From Escherichia phage vB_EcoP-Ro103C3lw, in sequence record MN067430: 39,389 nt of DNA; one strand, given 5' to 3'. The notes under the pieces were generated by a model, which was given only the letters and a program-made list of their open reading frames with translations, was not told where the DNA came from and searched no databases. Numbering within the stretch: the first letter of the stretch is position 1; every line of letters begins with the position of its first letter. Made by a program: the position numbers and the translations under genes. Shown one piece after another: positions 36,273 through 39,389 of the stretch.

Positions 36273-36722
36273 ATGCTCAAACTTTTACGACAGGCCGTTC
36301 CTTGGCTGGTGGCGGGACTCCTGTTCTGCTCAGGTTACTGGGTGGCAGACAATAAGTGGGAGGCGAAAGTAAGCAATGAGTACATCACGAAACTTGAGGC
36401 ACGAGAGAATCAACGGGCTGCTGTCCAAGGTGAAATCGACAAAGTGTCAGCCGAGTGGCAAGACAAGATGTCCGCGCTGGAAGGCTCTACTGATAGGATT
36501 ATTGCTGACCTTAACCGCGATAACAAGCGGCTGCGCATCCGTGTCAAACCCACCAGTGGAACAGTCCAGACTGACGGTCGATGCGTCATTGATGGTTACG
36601 CCGAACTTGACGAACGAGATGCTAAGCGTCTTATCACCATCGGACTGAAAGGTGACGAATGGATTAAGGCCCTCCAGAAGACCGTGAGAGCCATGCAGCA
36701 AGAGAAGGAGGTGAAACCTTGA
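36273..36722 (+). CDS. gp18.5: i-spanin (Rz-like, T7 gp18.5 homolog)
   Basis: [19 protein letters not shown]-terminal TM helix; [42 protein letters not shown]...[10 protein letters not shown] match T7 gp18.5; ATG 36273 with SD gaggagg. Confidence 0.88.
   Translation: MLKLLRQAVPWLVAGLLFCSGYWVADNKWEAKVSNEYITKLEARENQRAAVQGEIDKVSAEWQDKMSALEGSTDRIIADLNRDNKRLRIRVKPTSGTVQTDGRCVIDGYAELDERDAKRLITIGLKGDEWIKALQKTVRAMQQEKEVKP
36376..36648 (+). CDS. gp18.7: o-spanin (Rz1-like, T7 gp18.7 homolog), embedded in the +1 frame of the i-spanin gene
   Basis: [23 protein letters not shown]: lipoprotein signal with lipobox Cys; SVDASLMV.PNLT.EML.V matches T7 gp18.7. Confidence 0.85.
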   Translation: MSTSRNLRHERINGLLSKVKSTKCQPSGKTRCPRWKALLIGLLLTLTAITSGCASVSNPPVEQSRLTVDASLMVTPNLTNEMLSVLSPSD

Positions 36723-38482
36723 GTCAAGACTTAGCGGCGCGTCAGGCGCTTATGACTGCCCGTATGAAGGCAGACTTCGTGTTCTTCCTGTTCGTCCTGT
36801 GGAAAGCTCTGTCCCTCCCGGTCCCGACTCGCTGTCAGATTGACATGGCGAAGAAACTATCGGCTGGGGACAACAGGCGTTTCATCCTACAGGCGTTCCG
36901 TGGTATCGGGAAGTCCTTCATTACGTGTGCCTTCGTGGTCTGGAAGCTGTGGAATAACCCGGACTTGAAGTTCATGATTGTGTCGGCCTCAAAGGAACGT
37001 GCTGACGCTAACTCCATCTTCATCAAGCGAATCATCGACCTGATGCCTCAGCTCCAAGAGTTGAAGCCTAAGCAGGGCCAGCGAGACGCTGTAATCAGCT
37101 TTGACGTAGGGCCAGCCAAGCCAGACCACTCACCTTCGGTTAAGTCCGTGGGTATCACTGGTCAGCTTACTGGTAGCCGTGCGGACATCCTGATTGCCGA
37201 TGACGTGGAGGTTCCGGGTAACTCAGCGACTCAGGCTGCGAGAGACCGACTGTCCGAGCTGGTAAAAGAGTTCGACGCAATCCTGAAGCCGGGCGGTACG
37301 GTTATCTATCTGGGTACTCCTCAGACCGAGATGACCTTGTATCGTCAGCTTGAGGGTCGCGGCTACTCTACGACTATCTGGCCTGCCCGGTATCCACGCG
37401 ATGAGAAGGACTGGAAGTCTTACGGAGACCGTCTGGCTCCGATGCTTCAGGCTGAGCTTGAGTCCGACCCTGAGGGCTACTACTGGCTCCCAACGGATGA
37501 GGTGCGCTTTGATGACGAGGACCTGAAGGAACGTGAGTTGTCCTACGGTAAGGCTGGCTTCGCTCTCCAGTTCATGCTCAACCCTAACCTAGGGGATGCT
37601 GAGAAGTACCCGCTGAAGCTCCGTGACCTTATCGTAGCGGACTTGGACCCTGAGTCCAGCCCTATGGTCTACCAGTGGCTCCCGAACCTCCAGAACAAGC
37701 GGGATGACGTTCCTAACGTGGGACTCATGGGTGACACCTACCACACGTATCAAACTGTAGGTTCTGCTTTCAGTTCGTACACCCAGAAGATTCTGGTCAT
37801 TGACCCTAGTGGTCGTGGTAAGGATGAGACGGGCTATGCGGTACTGTATCAGCTCAACGGCTACATCTTCGTGATGGAAGCTGGTGGTATGCGCGGTGGC
37901 TATGAGGACTCTACGCTGGAAGCTCTGGCGAAGATTGGGCGCAAGTGGAAGATTAACGAGTACGTCATTGAGGGTAACTTCGGTGATGGTATGTACCTCG
38001 AACTATTCAAGCCTGTAGCGGCCCGTATCCACCCGGCAGCAGTGACCGAGGTCAAGAGCAAGGGTCAGAAGGAACTACGCATCTGCGACGTTCTGGAGCC
38101 TATCATGGGGTCTCACCGACTCATCGTGAATGCTTCAACCATTGTGTCTGACTACCAGACAGCCTCTGATAAGGATGGCGTCCGTAACCCTATCTACTCT
38201 CTGTTCTACCAGATGACCCGTATCAGCCGTGAACGTGGAGCCTTGGCACACGATGACCGACTTGATGCGCTGGCTATCGGTGTACAGTTCTTCGTAGAGT
38301 CTATGGCTAAGGATGCCGTGAAGGGCCAGCGTGAAGTCACCGAGGAGTGGCTGGAGGAGCAGATGGAAGACCCGAAGAAAGGCTTTAAGTCCATCGAGAC
38401 GGACTACTGGGACAATGGGGTACGAGTCCAGTTCAATACAGATGATGACTTGGGCTTAGGGTCCTACGTTCAGTTCCACTAG
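36719..38482 (+). CDS. gp19: Terminase large subunit (T7 gp19 homolog)
   Basis: 587 aa; [120 protein letters not shown]; apparent TTG start after SD aaggaggtg. Confidence 0.96.
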   Translation: MSQDLAARQALMTARMKADFVFFLFVLWKALSLPVPTRCQIDMAKKLSAGDNRRFILQAFRGIGKSFITCAFVVWKLWNNPDLKFMIVSASKERADANSIFIKRIIDLMPQLQELKPKQGQRDAVISFDVGPAKPDHSPSVKSVGITGQLTGSRADILIADDVEVPGNSATQAARDRLSELVKEFDAILKPGGTVIYLGTPQTEMTLYRQLEGRGYSTTIWPARYPRDEKDWKSYGDRLAPMLQAELESDPEGYYWLPTDEVRFDDEDLKERELSYGKAGFALQFMLNPNLGDAEKYPLKLRDLIVADLDPESSPMVYQWLPNLQNKRDDVPNVGLMGDTYHTYQTVGSAFSSYTQKILVIDPSGRGKDETGYAVLYQLNGYIFVMEAGGMRGGYEDSTLEALAKIGRKWKINEYVIEGNFGDGMYLELFKPVAARIHPAAVTEVKSKGQKELRICDVLEPIMGSHRLIVNASTIVSDYQTASDKDGVRNPIYSLFYQMTRISRERGALAHDDRLDALAIGVQFFVESMAKDAVKGQREVTEEWLEEQMEDPKKGFKSIETDYWDNGVRVQFNTDDDLGLGSYVQFH

Positions 38483-38574
38483 CAGTTTTCATAAAGTACC
38501 GCTTTAGTTGCATGAATACGCACTATGTAAGTCGGTACATAACGCTCGTAACTCTATGTATTCCTTAGGAAAAT

Positions 38575-38597
38575 CTTATACCCTCACTATAGGAAAG
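38575..38597 (+). promoter_or_regulatory. Phage RNAP promoter near the right end (phiOR position)
   Basis: cttataccctcactataggaaag; +1 G at 38592. Confidence 0.75.
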
Positions 38598-38770
38598 ACC
38601 CCGGTTACTTATAGTAAAGACTCAATGAATAATCATATGCAGACTTTATGCAAGACCTTAGGAGGCAGACTCCTGAGTTCTTACCTAAGGTTCGCACCGA
38701 TGGAGAGGGTGATTGTAATCATCACACCCTCATAACTTAAGTAGACCCTAAGCGACAGGAGGTATGTAGC

Positions 38771-38929
38771 ATGGGTAAGACCAAAGCTGTTCTCAAAGCT
38801 CTGGCGACCAATAGAGCTACGTACAGGTTTCTTGCTGCTGTTCTACTTGCTGCTGGCGTTACTGCTGGAAGTCAGTGGGTCGGGTGGGTCGAGACTCTCG
38901 TATGTACTCTGGTGTCTGAGTGTCATTAA
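38771..38929 (+). CDS. Hypothetical small hydrophobic protein, 52 aa (gene 19.5 position)
   Basis: SD aggagg before ATG 38771; hydrophobic core LAAVLLAAGVTAG; not in the ORF track because it is under 60 aa. Confidence 0.45.
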   Translation: MGKTKAVLKALATNRATYRFLAAVLLAAGVTAGSQWVGWVETLVCTLVSECH

Positions 38930-39198
38930 TGCCATCATGGTAACAATCAACGAAAGGAGGTAGTATGATCGGTTACGGCGAAGGCTGAAGACCTAAGGTC
39001 AGTACGTGGATAAAGACTCACTCTACTGACCTTAGCTACTGTAGTCAAGGACTTTAGGTAACACCTTAAGAGAAGCTCACTTAGGGTCATCCTACTTACT
39101 GGTCTACCCTAGTGTCGCCTGACCTACGGTCCTTGACCTACAGTGGCTGTGGCCTACAGTAGGGACGATGAGTTTTGGACCAAAAGTTCGAGAGGCCA

Positions 39199-39389
39199 TC
39201 TCACAGTTCAAGAACCTCAAGTCTCCCCCCATAGGGTCACTCTCAGTCAGACCAAAGGCCCTACCCCTAGACCGAAGGTCTAAACCTAAAGTCTTTGACC
39301 AGAAGTCAGGACCAGAAGTCTACCTCAAGGGCCTATATCTAGTGGTTGGGACCAGAGGTCGGGACTATATGTTGTGTCACTGAGTCTCT
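39199..39389. repeat. Right direct terminal repeat (DTR), 191 bp
   Basis: Exact copy of 1..191. Confidence 0.95.

Noticed and set aside
38508-38735. 75-aa plus-strand ORF after the terminase gene
   Set aside because: It spans the right-end phage promoter (38575..38597) and an AT-rich non-coding region, has no SD, and has an implausible composition; only the downstream 52-aa ORF (38771..38929) has an RBS.

Overview
The window is a complete, linear genome of a T7-like podophage (Autographiviridae, Studiervirinae-type gene order), bounded by identical 191-bp direct terminal repeats (1..191 and 39199..39389). All supported genes are on the + strand, in the canonical T7 order: an early region (Ocr DNA mimic, small ORFs, single-subunit RNA polymerase), a DNA metabolism region (ligase, gp2, SSB, endonuclease I, amidase/lysozyme, primase-helicase, DNA polymerase, gp5.5/gp5.7, exonuclease), and a late region (portal, scaffold, capsid, tail tube, internal core proteins, tail fibre, holin, terminase, spanins). 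Twelve copies of a phage-promoter consensus (TTAAACCCTCACTATAGGA, intermediate between the T7 and T3 consensus) are present, plus a T-phi-like terminator after the capsid gene and an early terminator after the ligase gene. Protein identifications rest on reading the supplied translations against T7 proteins recalled from memory; no database search was run. The most notable departures from T7 are: no gene 0.7 kinase, with five small unknown ORFs in its place; two unknown ORFs between gene 1 and gene 1.1; two unknown ORFs where gp5.9 would sit; an HNH endonuclease gene between gp15 and gp16; an endonuclease-VII-family gene between the small terminase and the spanins; a long -1 frameshift extension of the capsid gene; and a divergent gp16 N-terminus and gp17 C-terminus. 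No tRNA, rRNA or CRISPR array was seen. I found no single clearly new multi-gene system; the unknown early ORFs are the best candidates for undescribed host-takeover or anti-defence functions.
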